DNA of 41,868 nucleotides from a virus (Duplodnaviria; Heunggongvirae; Uroviricota; Caudoviricetes): IMG/VR virus record IMGVR_UViG_2974481312_000001, positions 1 to 41,868 of that record; one strand, 5' to 3'. Shown piece by piece: positions 1 to 8,095 of this stretch (position 1 is its first letter; each line of letters starts with the position of its first letter). The notes under the pieces were generated by a model. It saw only the letters and a program-made list of their open reading frames with translations, ran no database searches and was not told where the DNA came from. The position numbers and the translations under genes were made by a program.

Positions 1-913
1 CGCTGGTGAGTTTGCGGATACGAAGAAACTGGTTCGTAAAATGCGCCAGCTAGCGGGCAGTGAGCCTGTCGGGATGGTTGCTTTCGATACGCTTAACCAG
101 ACCTTCGGAAACTGGATAGACAAGTTCAATGAGAACTCCGCGGGCCAGGACGGGATGGGGCGGGTAGTGGCGATGCTCAAAGAAGTACGCGACGGTACTA
201 AAGGTGCTGTAGGTGTTGTCCACCACACCCCGAAAGGTGGGAGTAAGGCGCGTGGAAGTGGGGCGCTGTACGCCGGTGTCGACGTCGAACTTACGCTTGT
301 CCGGGCGACCGAGAAACAAATAAACGTTGCACATACCAAGAACAAAAACGGTATGCAGCAGAAAACAATAGGTATGGTGCTGGAACCGGTACAGTTTCGC
401 GAAGCTCCGCCACCGAAAGAGTTCCAGGCTGTAGAATTCGTTGGGGGCGAGGGATACGGGGAAATCGTTAACCTCGACCTGCCGGAACCGCATAAAGCTC
501 TCGTACTTATGCCGTGGGGCTTCCAACCGTTCGAAACGGACGAGGAAAAAGAGCGCAACGAAGGACTGGACGGTAAAGGTAAAGATTCCGTAAAGGATAC
601 AGTTAAACGGTCTAAAGGTGCTTCCGCACGAGAATCGGTTATGTCTGCTCTCGAGGATTTACAGCAAGCCGATGATACCGGACGAGGTTTCACACAACGG
701 CAAATAGTCGCCAGGGCTGGGGACCACAGCATAACAAACCTGGTGCTCGAGAAGATGCTACGAGAGGGTGAATTGATGCTTGGTTGCGATGAGAATGGTG
801 AAGTTGTAACGAATACTTACAGGTTGCCGACGGGTATAGATGACCGTAAGCGGCCAAAGAACAGGTATGAACCTAACGACAACATAAAGACAACAGAAGG
901 GGATTTAGAGTAA
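1..913 (+). CDS. Primase-helicase, C-terminal part (RepA/AAA_25-like ATPase core plus winged helix); 5' truncated at window start, N-terminal part at 40595..41868
   Basis: Frame open from nt 2, same frame as the ATG-41 ORF in the track; motifs MVAFDTL (Walker-B-like) and VVHHTPKGG..RGSGALYAGVD; stop TAA 911-913. Confidence 0.7.
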   Translation, partial: AGEFADTKKLVRKMRQLAGSEPVGMVAFDTLNQTFGNWIDKFNENSAGQDGMGRVVAMLKEVRDGTKGAVGVVHHTPKGGSKARGSGALYAGVDVELTLVRATEKQINVAHTKNKNGMQQKTIGMVLEPVQFREAPPPKEFQAVEFVGGEGYGEIVNLDLPEPHKALVLMPWGFQPFETDEEKERNEGLDGKGKDSVKDTVKRSKGASARESVMSALEDLQQADDTGRGFTQRQIVARAGDHSITNLVLEKMLREGELMLGCDENGEVVTNTYRLPTGIDDRKRPKNRYEPNDNIKTTEGDLE

Positions 914-937
914 AAAGAAAGGGGCCATCAGGCCCCT
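911..937 (-). terminator. Rho-independent terminator after the HTH gene, possibly bidirectional
   Basis: Hairpin AGGGGCC-ATCA-GGCCCCT (920-937) followed on the minus strand by a U-rich tract (911-919). Confidence 0.5.
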
Positions 938-1146
938 GTATCACCAAAGCTTAACCATCGAGGGTCAACACCGAGAGCATCGGCAATGTGGAAGATTTTA
1001 AAACAGTCTACCTTACACACCCGACCGGTTGCCAGATGGGTAATAAGGCTTTGGGATACGCCAGCTTTGAAAGCAAGCTCAGTTTGACCCATGCCGATTT
1101 CTTTGCGGCGGCGCTCTATGCGGGCGCCTAATTCGGATTGCTGCAT
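928..1146 (-). CDS. XRE/Cro-CI-type HTH transcriptional regulator (72 aa)
   Basis: HTH segment QTELAFKAGVSQSLITHL; AAGGAG RBS upstream of ATG at 1146; transcribed opposite to the surrounding replication genes. Confidence 0.8.
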   Translation of the reverse strand: MQQSELGARIERRRKEIGMGQTELAFKAGVSQSLITHLATGRVCKVDCFKIFHIADALGVDPRWLSFGDTGA

Positions 1147-1175
1147 ATGTTTACTCCTTAGTTAGATATGTAGTA

Positions 1176-1204
1176 ATAGTACAGTAATAAAATACACGGT
1201 GCAA
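1176..1204 (-). promoter_or_regulatory. Sigma70-like promoter for the HTH regulator (TTGCAC-17-TACTAT)
   Basis: -35 at 1204..1199 and -10 at 1181..1176 on the minus strand; spacer carries a TAATAG element. Confidence 0.5.
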
Positions 1205-1219
1205 TTTACGAAAAAGTGC

Positions 1220-1248
1220 TTGCATAAATAATAGAGTACGATTATAGT
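1220..1248 (+). promoter_or_regulatory. Sigma70-like promoter for the rightward operon (TTGCAT-17-TATAGT)
   Basis: -35 1220-1225, 17 nt spacer containing TAATAGAGTAC, -10 1243-1248; gene starts at 1280. Confidence 0.5.
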
Positions 1249-1279
1249 TATTATCACCAGCTAAACAGGAGAATGCACA

Positions 1280-1816
1280 ATGTTAGAACAATTTATTAAA
1301 TTATTTGAACGTTTCGTAGTTGCTCACGAACTGATTGCTGCGAACAGCGCGAAACAAACCGTATATCAACTTAAAAGCGATATCACCGCGGTGAACAAAG
1401 AGTTGAGAGAAAAAGCGGTAGAAATGGCAGCGCCGGATGAGTGCCGGGCTAGTTCTGCGGTGTGCAAAGCGTTAGAAAAAGAACTGCCGGTAGAAGGTGA
1501 AAGCATTGTCGACACTAAACCGGCGGAAGAAGAGAAACCAAAACGCAAGACTCGTAAAGCTAAAGTAGAGGAACCCGCACCGGAACCGGAAGAAGAGAAA
1601 GAAGAAATTGATTACCAGTCTCTTCGCGACCAGATTCAGGCTATCGACGATGCTATCAATGAAGGCCCGAGCGACGCCGCGTGCGATGATTCTGATGAAC
1701 TGCTGGAAGAGTTTACCGGTAAGAAGATGAAGATTGCCGCAATTAAGGACGAAGACCTGGCGGAATATCTGGAACGCCTGTCGGCAATCAAGAACAAGTA
1801 TTTCGAAGAAGAATAA
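1280..1816 (+). CDS. Hypothetical strongly acidic protein (178 aa)
   Basis: ORF with AGGAG RBS 9 nt upstream; C-terminal half very rich in Glu/Asp; no recognisable catalytic motif. Confidence 0.7.
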   Translation: MLEQFIKLFERFVVAHELIAANSAKQTVYQLKSDITAVNKELREKAVEMAAPDECRASSAVCKALEKELPVEGESIVDTKPAEEEKPKRKTRKAKVEEPAPEPEEEKEEIDYQSLRDQIQAIDDAINEGPSDAACDDSDELLEEFTGKKMKIAAIKDEDLAEYLERLSAIKNKYFEEE

Positions 1817-1884
1817 CTATCCCGCGGCCTTCGGGCCGCTTTAACTGAGGGGTCGGAATATGATTTACCAGGGGAGAACCGGGT

Positions 1885-2406
1885 GTGAATTGGCATGAAC
1901 TGTTCAATTATGACCCCGATACAGGTAAGTTGTTTTGGAAAATAAGCCCTTCTCAAGCGGTAAAGGCTGGCGATGAGGCTGGTACTCTTTGCGGGGGAGG
2001 ACGTAGTTGTGACAAGAAATATTTAAGGGTGTGCTATAGGAGAAAGTTTAAGCAGGTACACCACGTAGTATGGGAAATGTTCAACGGGCCTTTAAAAGAT
2101 GGTGAGGAGATTGACCACATAAATCATATAAGAACAGATAATAGGATAGAGAATTTAAGGAAGGTGTACCGCGGCGATAACGCCAAAAATAGAAGTATGC
2201 CAATAAACAATACTTCCGGGGTGCATGGTGTTTCATACTTCTCTCGTATTGATATGTGGGTTGCAAGAATAGGGGTAAATGGTAAGTCTATATTTTTAGG
2301 AAGATACAATAATTTAGAAGAAGCGGCGCTCGCCCGACGGCGTGCAGAAGTAACATATGGGTTTCATAAAAATCACGGAGCTAAGAAGAATGACTTTAAA
2401 AGCTAA
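1885..2406 (+). CDS. HNH homing endonuclease with AP2-type DNA-binding domain
   Basis: HNH motif EIDHINHIRTDNRIENLR; C-terminal AP2-like segment SGVHGVSY..WVARIGVNGKSIFLGRY; GTG start with GGGGAG RBS. Confidence 0.8.
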   Translation: MNWHELFNYDPDTGKLFWKISPSQAVKAGDEAGTLCGGGRSCDKKYLRVCYRRKFKQVHHVVWEMFNGPLKDGEEIDHINHIRTDNRIENLRKVYRGDNAKNRSMPINNTSGVHGVSYFSRIDMWVARIGVNGKSIFLGRYNNLEEAALARRRAEVTYGFHKNHGAKKNDFKS

Positions 2407-3826
2407 AGATAGGAGCGGGAGTAACGACGTACACGCCTTATTGTCACCATCCGGTGCTAAGAAATGGTTAACATGTCCCGCGTCGCTGATATGCGAAAAA
2501 GATATCCCTAACACTTCCGGCAAGGCCGCAGTGTTAGGTACGGCAATGCATAGCCTTTCTGAATATCATTTAAACGCGTATATACGCGGCACTTCGTTGC
2601 CGTTAGAGCGAGATGTAGGGGCATATGTGCTGGAAGAAGGTAAAGGCGCAGTTAAAGCATTAATTAAGCCGATGAAAGGTGCGGTGCTGGTTACAGATGA
2701 CATGGTAGAGCAGGTGCGCAAGTACACCGACTACTGTAAAGCGATTATTGATGTAGCGACATACGCCAAACTGGAAATGCGCGTCAATCTTACTGGGGTG
2801 TTGCATCCGGGTTACGAAGGCGTTGAGACGTTCGGAACTGCTGACCTTGTCGCCGTTCAGGAACTGGCTAATACTGACGAGCACATGCTCATTATTGGAG
2901 ACCTTAAAACAGGGCGGCATCGTGTCGAAGCGAAAGAAAATAAGCAGCTTATGCTTTACGCTCTCGGTGTTTATCGCAGACTCAAGAGGCGTTATAACAT
3001 AACAGTTGTTCGTCTGGTCATCTTCCAGCCATACGCTGGCGGTGCGTCGGAATGGGACATCTCAGTCGAAGGCCTTGAACTGTTCGCTAAGTTTGCGCAG
3101 AAACGCGCGGTAGCTGCGCTCGACGCCTACCACCGTGGTAAGAAAAATCTGAAACCGTCCGATTTCAAGCCGTCGGTTGATGGGTGCCAGTGGTGCCGGT
3201 TCTCAGAACAGTGCCAGGCAAGGACTAGAGCATCCAATGCCGTTCTGGCCAAAGAACTGGAGAATGATGCAGATGTATATCGGCGGGCCGTGGAACGGGT
3301 GGCTAAGTTCTGCAACGAGGCGGACTATATGAGCGTTTGGGAGGATGTTCAACCTAGCGATATCCTTAAGTTGCTGCCCGACGAGACAGATTTACCTAAG
3401 AAGCCAGTTAGAGAGGATGACTTTGCGTTAGAACTTACCACTAAACAACTAGTGGCTGAGTATGAGAAGTTGCCGTTTTTGCGTCAGCACATCGACAAAG
3501 TAGAAAAAGCGATGGCGGCCGCGCTTCATTCCGGTAAAAAAGTTCCCGGTTACAAGCTGGTTGAGGGGCGCCCTGGTAATCGAGCATGGAAAGATGAAGA
3601 CGCTGTAAATAAATTCAGGGAAAACCATGTAAACGGCTATCTGCTGGATAAGACTGTTCCGGTATCACCGACCGAAGCGGAAAAGATTATTGGCAAGGAA
3701 GACCCAGAACTTTGGGCCGAGCTAGCTAAACTCGTGACCCGTAAGCCGGGCGCGCCATGTGTAGCAACGGTGGATGATAAACGCCCAGAATGGAAAAATG
3801 TTACGGAAGACGATTTAGAAGCTTGA
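2390..3826 (+). CDS. DUF2800-like PD-(D/E)XK nuclease (Cas4/RecB-like)
   Basis: N-terminal HALLSPSGAKKWLTCP, motif IIGDLKTGR, C-terminal Cys cluster CQWCRFSEQC; start moved to ATG 2390 with GGAG RBS (track start 2357 overlaps the HNH gene). Confidence 0.7.
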   Translation: MTLKAKDRSGSNDVHALLSPSGAKKWLTCPASLICEKDIPNTSGKAAVLGTAMHSLSEYHLNAYIRGTSLPLERDVGAYVLEEGKGAVKALIKPMKGAVLVTDDMVEQVRKYTDYCKAIIDVATYAKLEMRVNLTGVLHPGYEGVETFGTADLVAVQELANTDEHMLIIGDLKTGRHRVEAKENKQLMLYALGVYRRLKRRYNITVVRLVIFQPYAGGASEWDISVEGLELFAKFAQKRAVAALDAYHRGKKNLKPSDFKPSVDGCQWCRFSEQCQARTRASNAVLAKELENDADVYRRAVERVAKFCNEADYMSVWEDVQPSDILKLLPDETDLPKKPVREDDFALELTTKQLVAEYEKLPFLRQHIDKVEKAMAAALHSGKKVPGYKLVEGRPGNRAWKDEDAVNKFRENHVNGYLLDKTVPVSPTEAEKIIGKEDPELWAELAKLVTRKPGAPCVATVDDKRPEWKNVTEDDLEA

Positions 3827-3851
3827 CAAGTTAATAGTACTCTATTATATT
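3823..3851 (+). promoter_or_regulatory. Sigma70-like promoter TTGACA-17-TATATT with embedded TAATAG-TACT-CTATTAT element
   Basis: Consensus -35, 17 nt spacer, -10 TATATT; about 55 nt upstream of the 3908 start. Confidence 0.6.
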
Positions 3852-3907
3852 CTTAATCACTGACCGGGCAGCTTCCCGGATAAACTCTAAAATGCGAGAA
3901 AACTAAA

Positions 3908-4534
3908 ATGGGAATCAAACTTAATCTTCGTAAAGTACAAACCGCATGGCTGAACGTATTCGAACGCGCTAAAGACCGTGAAAATAATGACGGTTCCATT
4001 ACTAAAGGTACTTATAACGGTACTTTTATCCTGACTCCGGAACACCCGCAAATTGAAGAACTCCGCGATACAGTATTCGCTGTAGTGTCGGAAGCATTGG
4101 GAGAGGCCGCCGCCGAGAAATGGATGAAGCAGAACTACGGCGAAGGTAAGCACATGGACAAGTGCGCCGTGCGCGACATCGCCGAACGTGATAACCCGTT
4201 CGAAGACTTTCCGGAAGGTTTTTACTTCCAGGCAAAGAACAAGCAACAGCCATTAATCCTGACTTCGGTTAAGGGCGAAAAGCAGGTAGAACCAGACTTC
4301 AACATCGACGGTGAACAGATTGAAGGCAAGCAGGTATATAGCGGTTGTGTGGCTAATATCTCAATCGAAATCTGGTTTTCCGAGCAATATAAAGTTTTAG
4401 GCGCAAAGCTAAACGGCATTAAATTTGCCGGTGAAGGGAAGGCATTCGGTGGTTCCGCGGTTTCTGCCAGCGTCGACGACCTGGAAGATGATGAAGACGA
4501 AACACCGCGTCGCGAACGCCGCCGTAACCGTTAA
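3908..4534 (+). CDS. DUF2815-like protein (putative ssDNA-binding, usually paired with DUF2800)
   Basis: 208 aa ORF directly after the DUF2800-like gene and before DNA polymerase; acidic/basic C-terminal tail DDLEDDEDETPRRERRRNR. Confidence 0.6.
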   Translation: MGIKLNLRKVQTAWLNVFERAKDRENNDGSITKGTYNGTFILTPEHPQIEELRDTVFAVVSEALGEAAAEKWMKQNYGEGKHMDKCAVRDIAERDNPFEDFPEGFYFQAKNKQQPLILTSVKGEKQVEPDFNIDGEQIEGKQVYSGCVANISIEIWFSEQYKVLGAKLNGIKFAGEGKAFGGSAVSASVDDLEDDEDETPRRERRRNR

Positions 4535-4591
4535 TATCTTCTCATTCCATTTAAGGCGGCTTCGGTCGCCTTTTCTATAAGGGTCAAATAA

Positions 4592-7500
4592 ATGAATCTG
4601 CTTTATCTCGATACTGAAACATTCTCAGAAGCCGATTTGAAAAAAGTCGGTTCCTATGCCTACGCCGAACATCCGACTACTGAAATTGTTATCTGCACTT
4701 ATGCTTTCGATGAAGGCCCTGTGCAAGTATGGGACGCCACCGACGGCAGCGATATGCCGCGTGATTTGCGTCGGGCGATGCTGAAGCTGCAAAAACCAGA
4801 CAGCAATCTCAAACTGGTAGGCCAAAACTTCCTTATGTTCGACCGACCAGTTATTAAGCATTGCTGGGGATTCGAACTCCTGGTAGAAAACATTATAGAC
4901 ACTATGATAGTCGCGTTCCGACATGCCCTCCCAGGTTCACTGGCTGCGCTGTGTGAGGTTTTAAACATTGACGCAAGCATGGCTAAGGATAAACGCGGTA
5001 AGGCGCTTATACAGCGATTCAGTAAGCCTACGCCTAAGAACTATAAGATTCGACGCTACACCGCCGATACCCACCCAAAAGAGTGGGCAGAATTTATCGC
5101 ATACGCAAAAAGCGACATTACGTCCATGCGTGAAGTGTATAAGAAAATGCCTAAGTGGGGTAATTCTGAGTTCGAAGACCGCGTGCTTAGCTTAGACCAG
5201 GTTATTAATGACCGTGGATTTAAGGTTGATGTTGCCCTTGCTGAAGCCGCGATTGAAGCTGTCACGCGTCACAAGGAAGAGTTACAGGAAGAAGCCCAAC
5301 GTAAATACGGCGGTTCACTGACAGGCAAATACTTCCTGCCTATTTTACAGGAACTAGCGCCGGCGCACCGCATACATAATGCGCAGAAGTCAACGCTAAA
5401 CGACCTGCTGGCGGATGAGGATTTACCAGACGATGCGCGCACCATCATTGAGATGCGTCTGGGGGCCGCGTCTACCGCATCGACGAAATACGCGCCGTTG
5501 CTGTTAGGCCGTTCTTCAGATGACCGCCGCCGTGGTTGCCTGCAATACGGAGGAGCGAAGCGAACATTGCGGTGGGCCGGGAAAGGTTTTCAGCCACAGA
5601 ACCTGGCGCGCGGGTATTATCATGACGATGAACTGGATAGGGGTATTGCCGCGTTACTTAAAGGCCGTGCACACCGCCGTTTTGATGTGGCCAAGCTAAC
5701 AGCGTCTACCGTCCGAAGCTGCATTATTCCGGAAGCCGGGTGTAAATTTGTTGTTGCGGACTACTCTAACGTCGAAGGCCGTGGGCTTGCGTGGCTGGCT
5801 GGTGAAGAAACCGCGCTTGATACGTTCCGCGCCGGGCTGGATATTTACTGCGTAACCGCGGGTAAGATGTTTGGCATGGACCCCGACGATATTAAGAAAG
5901 AACGTAAAGACTTGCGCCAGATTGGTAAAGCGTGCCTTCACCGTCATACCCAAGTTTTGACCGATGGCGGATTTAAGGATATTATGGCGGTTACATCAAC
6001 AGATAAAGTATGGAGCGGTGAAAAATGGGTGAATACAAAAGGCGCGCACCTTATGGGGTGGAAACCGGTAATAAATGTGGACGGGGTGCTAATGACCGAA
6101 GACCACAAAATCTTGGCGCATTCCTGGAAGCAGGCAAAGCAACTCGCTTCAAACAGATATATGATGGGCCTCGCCCTGGAGAGAGGTATGGACGCTTGGT
6201 TATCCTGCGCGAGTTACCAAAACGACAAGGCCAAAGACAACTACTCGTCCAATGTGATTGCGGAGAGATGCCGGGGCGGGTCTATTATGACAACGTTAGA
6301 GCTGGTAAAACCACTCAATGCAACCGCTGCGCCCTTGAAGCAACAAAAAAATATCGTAAACAGTATTTCTGCTACGAAGACGCAATGCCGGATGATGCGC
6401 ACAGAACGCGATTACTCAACCGGCTGTCCGCGGCGATCACGCGAACAACAAGCCCCAGGGATAAGGGTTATAAAAACTATGGGGCAAGAGGCATCACGGT
6501 ATTCGACCAGTGGAGGACTGATAAAAGGTCTTTTCTTAGATATGTTCAAACTCTGGAAGGCTGGGATGACCCGAACCTCGAAATGGATAGAATCGACACA
6601 GACGGTAACTACGAACCTGGAAACATTCGGTTTGTCAGCCGTTCTGAAAACTGCCGCAACAGACGGCAGATACCCGAGCTTCAACGAAAGTATGATGCAG
6701 CCGTTGCCCGCATTGCTGAACTTGAGCGGGAAATTAACCTACTGCGAGCCGGTGTACGACCTGATTGATGTGGAAGACGGCAACCGTTTTCTTATAGCCT
6801 CAGACTCTGGCTTTCTTGTGGCGCATAACTGCGAACTGGGCCTCGGCTACGAGGGAGGTGTCGGAGCGTTCGTTACGTTTGCTAAAAACCTGGGTCTTGA
6901 CCTTATTGAGATGGCAAAAACAATGGACGGGACTTTCCCCGACCACATCTGGGCTGCTACCGCACGTGGGTATGAGTGGGCGCGTATTCAGGAAGCCAAG
7001 AGACCACCGCATCCCGGTGAAAAGGATGATCGACCCTCGTATATTCTGGACAAGAAAGTATGGCGCACATGCGACGCGATCAAGCGTATGTGGCGTGAGT
7101 CACACCCTGAAACAGTAGCGTTCTGGCGCGACCTTAAAGACGGAATTTTAGCCGCTGTTCGTAATCCTGGTCGTGAATTTTGGGCTGGGGCACACTTGCG
7201 CCGGAATGGTGAAAGGGCTATCCGCATATGGCGTACCGTAGAATTTGATTCGTCGGGCAGGAAGGTTCCTGGCTGGTGGTTGTGTATGGAGCTGCCGTCA
7301 GGCCGTATCCTATCGTATCCGGGAATCGGCGTTAGTGTGACAAAGGAAACAGACGAAGACGGGCGGATAAACACCAATGTAAGAATTAAGTACCAGGGTG
7401 AGAACCAGTTAACACGGCAATGGACCACCCTGTACACACACGGCGGAAAGGCTTGTGAAAACATTGTTCAGGCGTTGTGCCGTGACTTATTGGCCTATGC

Positions 7501-7690
7501 GATGCTTAATGTAGAAGCCGGTGGGTATCCAATAGTTCTTTCTGTTCACGATGAACTGGTATGCGAGACTCCGGATACATCAGATTACACGGTAGCAGAA
7601 CTGGAAAAGCTAATGTGTGCATTGCCAGAATGGGCCGAGGGTTTTCCTCTTGTAGCGGAAGGTGCGGAGTTAAAACGGTATGCTAAGTAA
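4592..7690 (+). CDS. Family A DNA polymerase with 3'-5' exonuclease domain, interrupted by an intein in motif B
   Basis: Exo I motif LYLDTETFS; motif A VADYSNVEGRGLAWLAG; motif C SVHDELV; motif B RQIGKA / CELGLGYEGG split by the intein; single continuous 1032-codon ORF. Confidence 0.9.
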   Translation: MNLLYLDTETFSEADLKKVGSYAYAEHPTTEIVICTYAFDEGPVQVWDATDGSDMPRDLRRAMLKLQKPDSNLKLVGQNFLMFDRPVIKHCWGFELLVENIIDTMIVAFRHALPGSLAALCEVLNIDASMAKDKRGKALIQRFSKPTPKNYKIRRYTADTHPKEWAEFIAYAKSDITSMREVYKKMPKWGNSEFEDRVLSLDQVINDRGFKVDVALAEAAIEAVTRHKEELQEEAQRKYGGSLTGKYFLPILQELAPAHRIHNAQKSTLNDLLADEDLPDDARTIIEMRLGAASTASTKYAPLLLGRSSDDRRRGCLQYGGAKRTLRWAGKGFQPQNLARGYYHDDELDRGIAALLKGRAHRRFDVAKLTASTVRSCIIPEAGCKFVVADYSNVEGRGLAWLAGEETALDTFRAGLDIYCVTAGKMFGMDPDDIKKERKDLRQIGKACLHRHTQVLTDGGFKDIMAVTSTDKVWSGEKWVNTKGAHLMGWKPVINVDGVLMTEDHKILAHSWKQAKQLASNRYMMGLALERGMDAWLSCASYQNDKAKDNYSSNVIAERCRGGSIMTTLELVKPLNATAAPLKQQKNIVNSISATKTQCRMMRTERDYSTGCPRRSREQQAPGIRVIKTMGQEASRYSTSGGLIKGLFLDMFKLWKAGMTRTSKWIESTQTVTTNLETFGLSAVLKTAATDGRYPSFNESMMQPLPALLNLSGKLTYCEPVYDLIDVEDGNRFLIASDSGFLVAHNCELGLGYEGGVGAFVTFAKNLGLDLIEMAKTMDGTFPDHIWAATARGYEWARIQEAKRPPHPGEKDDRPSYILDKKVWRTCDAIKRMWRESHPETVAFWRDLKDGILAAVRNPGREFWAGAHLRRNGERAIRIWRTVEFDSSGRKVPGWWLCMELPSGRILSYPGIGVSVTKETDEDGRINTNVRIKYQGENQLTRQWTTLYTHGGKACENIVQALCRDLLAYAMLNVEAGGYPIVLSVHDELVCETPDTSDYTVAELEKLMCALPEWAEGFPLVAEGAELKRYAK
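5933..6829 (+). mobile_element. Intein (299 codons) inserted in polymerase motif B
   Basis: Block A CLHRHTQVLTDGG at the N-terminus, block B GVLMTEDHKIL, blocks F/G PVYDLIDVEDGNRFLIASDSGFLVAHN followed by C-extein Cys (CELG). Confidence 0.75.
6025..6768 (+). CDS. HNH homing endonuclease ORF nested inside the intein in a different reading frame
   Basis: GGAG RBS 9 nt upstream of ATG 6025; Cys-rich N-terminal part GERYGRLVIL..CDCG..CNRC; HNH core NYGARGITVFDQW..DRIDTDGNYEPGNIRFVSRSENCRNRR. Confidence 0.6.
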   Translation: MGEYKRRAPYGVETGNKCGRGANDRRPQNLGAFLEAGKATRFKQIYDGPRPGERYGRLVILRELPKRQGQRQLLVQCDCGEMPGRVYYDNVRAGKTTQCNRCALEATKKYRKQYFCYEDAMPDDAHRTRLLNRLSAAITRTTSPRDKGYKNYGARGITVFDQWRTDKRSFLRYVQTLEGWDDPNLEMDRIDTDGNYEPGNIRFVSRSENCRNRRQIPELQRKYDAAVARIAELEREINLLRAGVRPD

Positions 7691-7776
7691 ACTGATTATT
7701 TATTATTTCCATGAAGAAGACTGCCGAATCTGTCCGCGCTGCGGGATCGAGCACACGAAACGTGAGGGGTGCATAG

Positions 7777-8064
7777 ATGAGTACGCCTGAAGGGCGCGTG
7801 CAAAAATACGCAAAGGAGCGATTTGAGGCCCTGGGTGGCCTCGTTCGGAAACTTTCCTATGAGGGGCGCTCCGGTGCTCCTGACCTGTTGATAATTCTCC
7901 CTGGCGGCATCGTCTGGTTCGTCGAGGTGAAGAAAGACGAAAACACGAAGCCGGACCCGCACCAGTTACGGGAGCACGAGCGGATGCGCAAACGCGGGGC
8001 AAATGTTTTTGTTGTCGGGTCTAAGAAACAGGTTGATAAATTAATAGAACACTATTATATTTAG
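7777..8064 (+). CDS. VRR-NUC domain nuclease
   Basis: 95 aa; PD-(D/E)XK-like core GAPDLLIILPGGIVWFVEVKK. Confidence 0.75.
   Translation: MSTPEGRVQKYAKERFEALGGLVRKLSYEGRSGAPDLLIILPGGIVWFVEVKKDENTKPDPHQLREHERMRKRGANVFVVGSKKQVDKLIEHYYI
8033..8061 (+). promoter_or_regulatory. Sigma70-like promoter TTGATA-17-TATATT with TAATAG-AACA-CTATTAT element
   Basis: Lies inside the 3' end of the VRR-NUC gene, upstream of the 8096 start. Confidence 0.5.
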
Positions 8065-8095
8065 TTCACACCAAACAGAAATAAGGAATTGAGAA

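Noticed and set aside
2357-2389. Track start of the DUF2800-like ORF at 2357, overlapping the HNH gene by 50 nt
   Set aside because: An in-frame ATG at 2390 has a GGAG RBS and gives a normal short overlap; the upstream extension is probably not translated.
6150-6745. Polymerase-frame translation of the intein centre as a genuine in-frame endonuclease domain
   Set aside because: In the polymerase frame this stretch is Ser/Thr/Arg-rich with no recognisable motif, whereas the -1 frame gives a textbook HNH; kept as part of the intein only as a linker.
7711-7791. Tiny ORFs between the polymerase and VRR-NUC genes, including a CxxC..C zinc-ribbon-like reading
   Set aside because: No start codon with an RBS in the Cys-containing frame; the ATG-initiated 21-aa frame lacks an SD and any motif.
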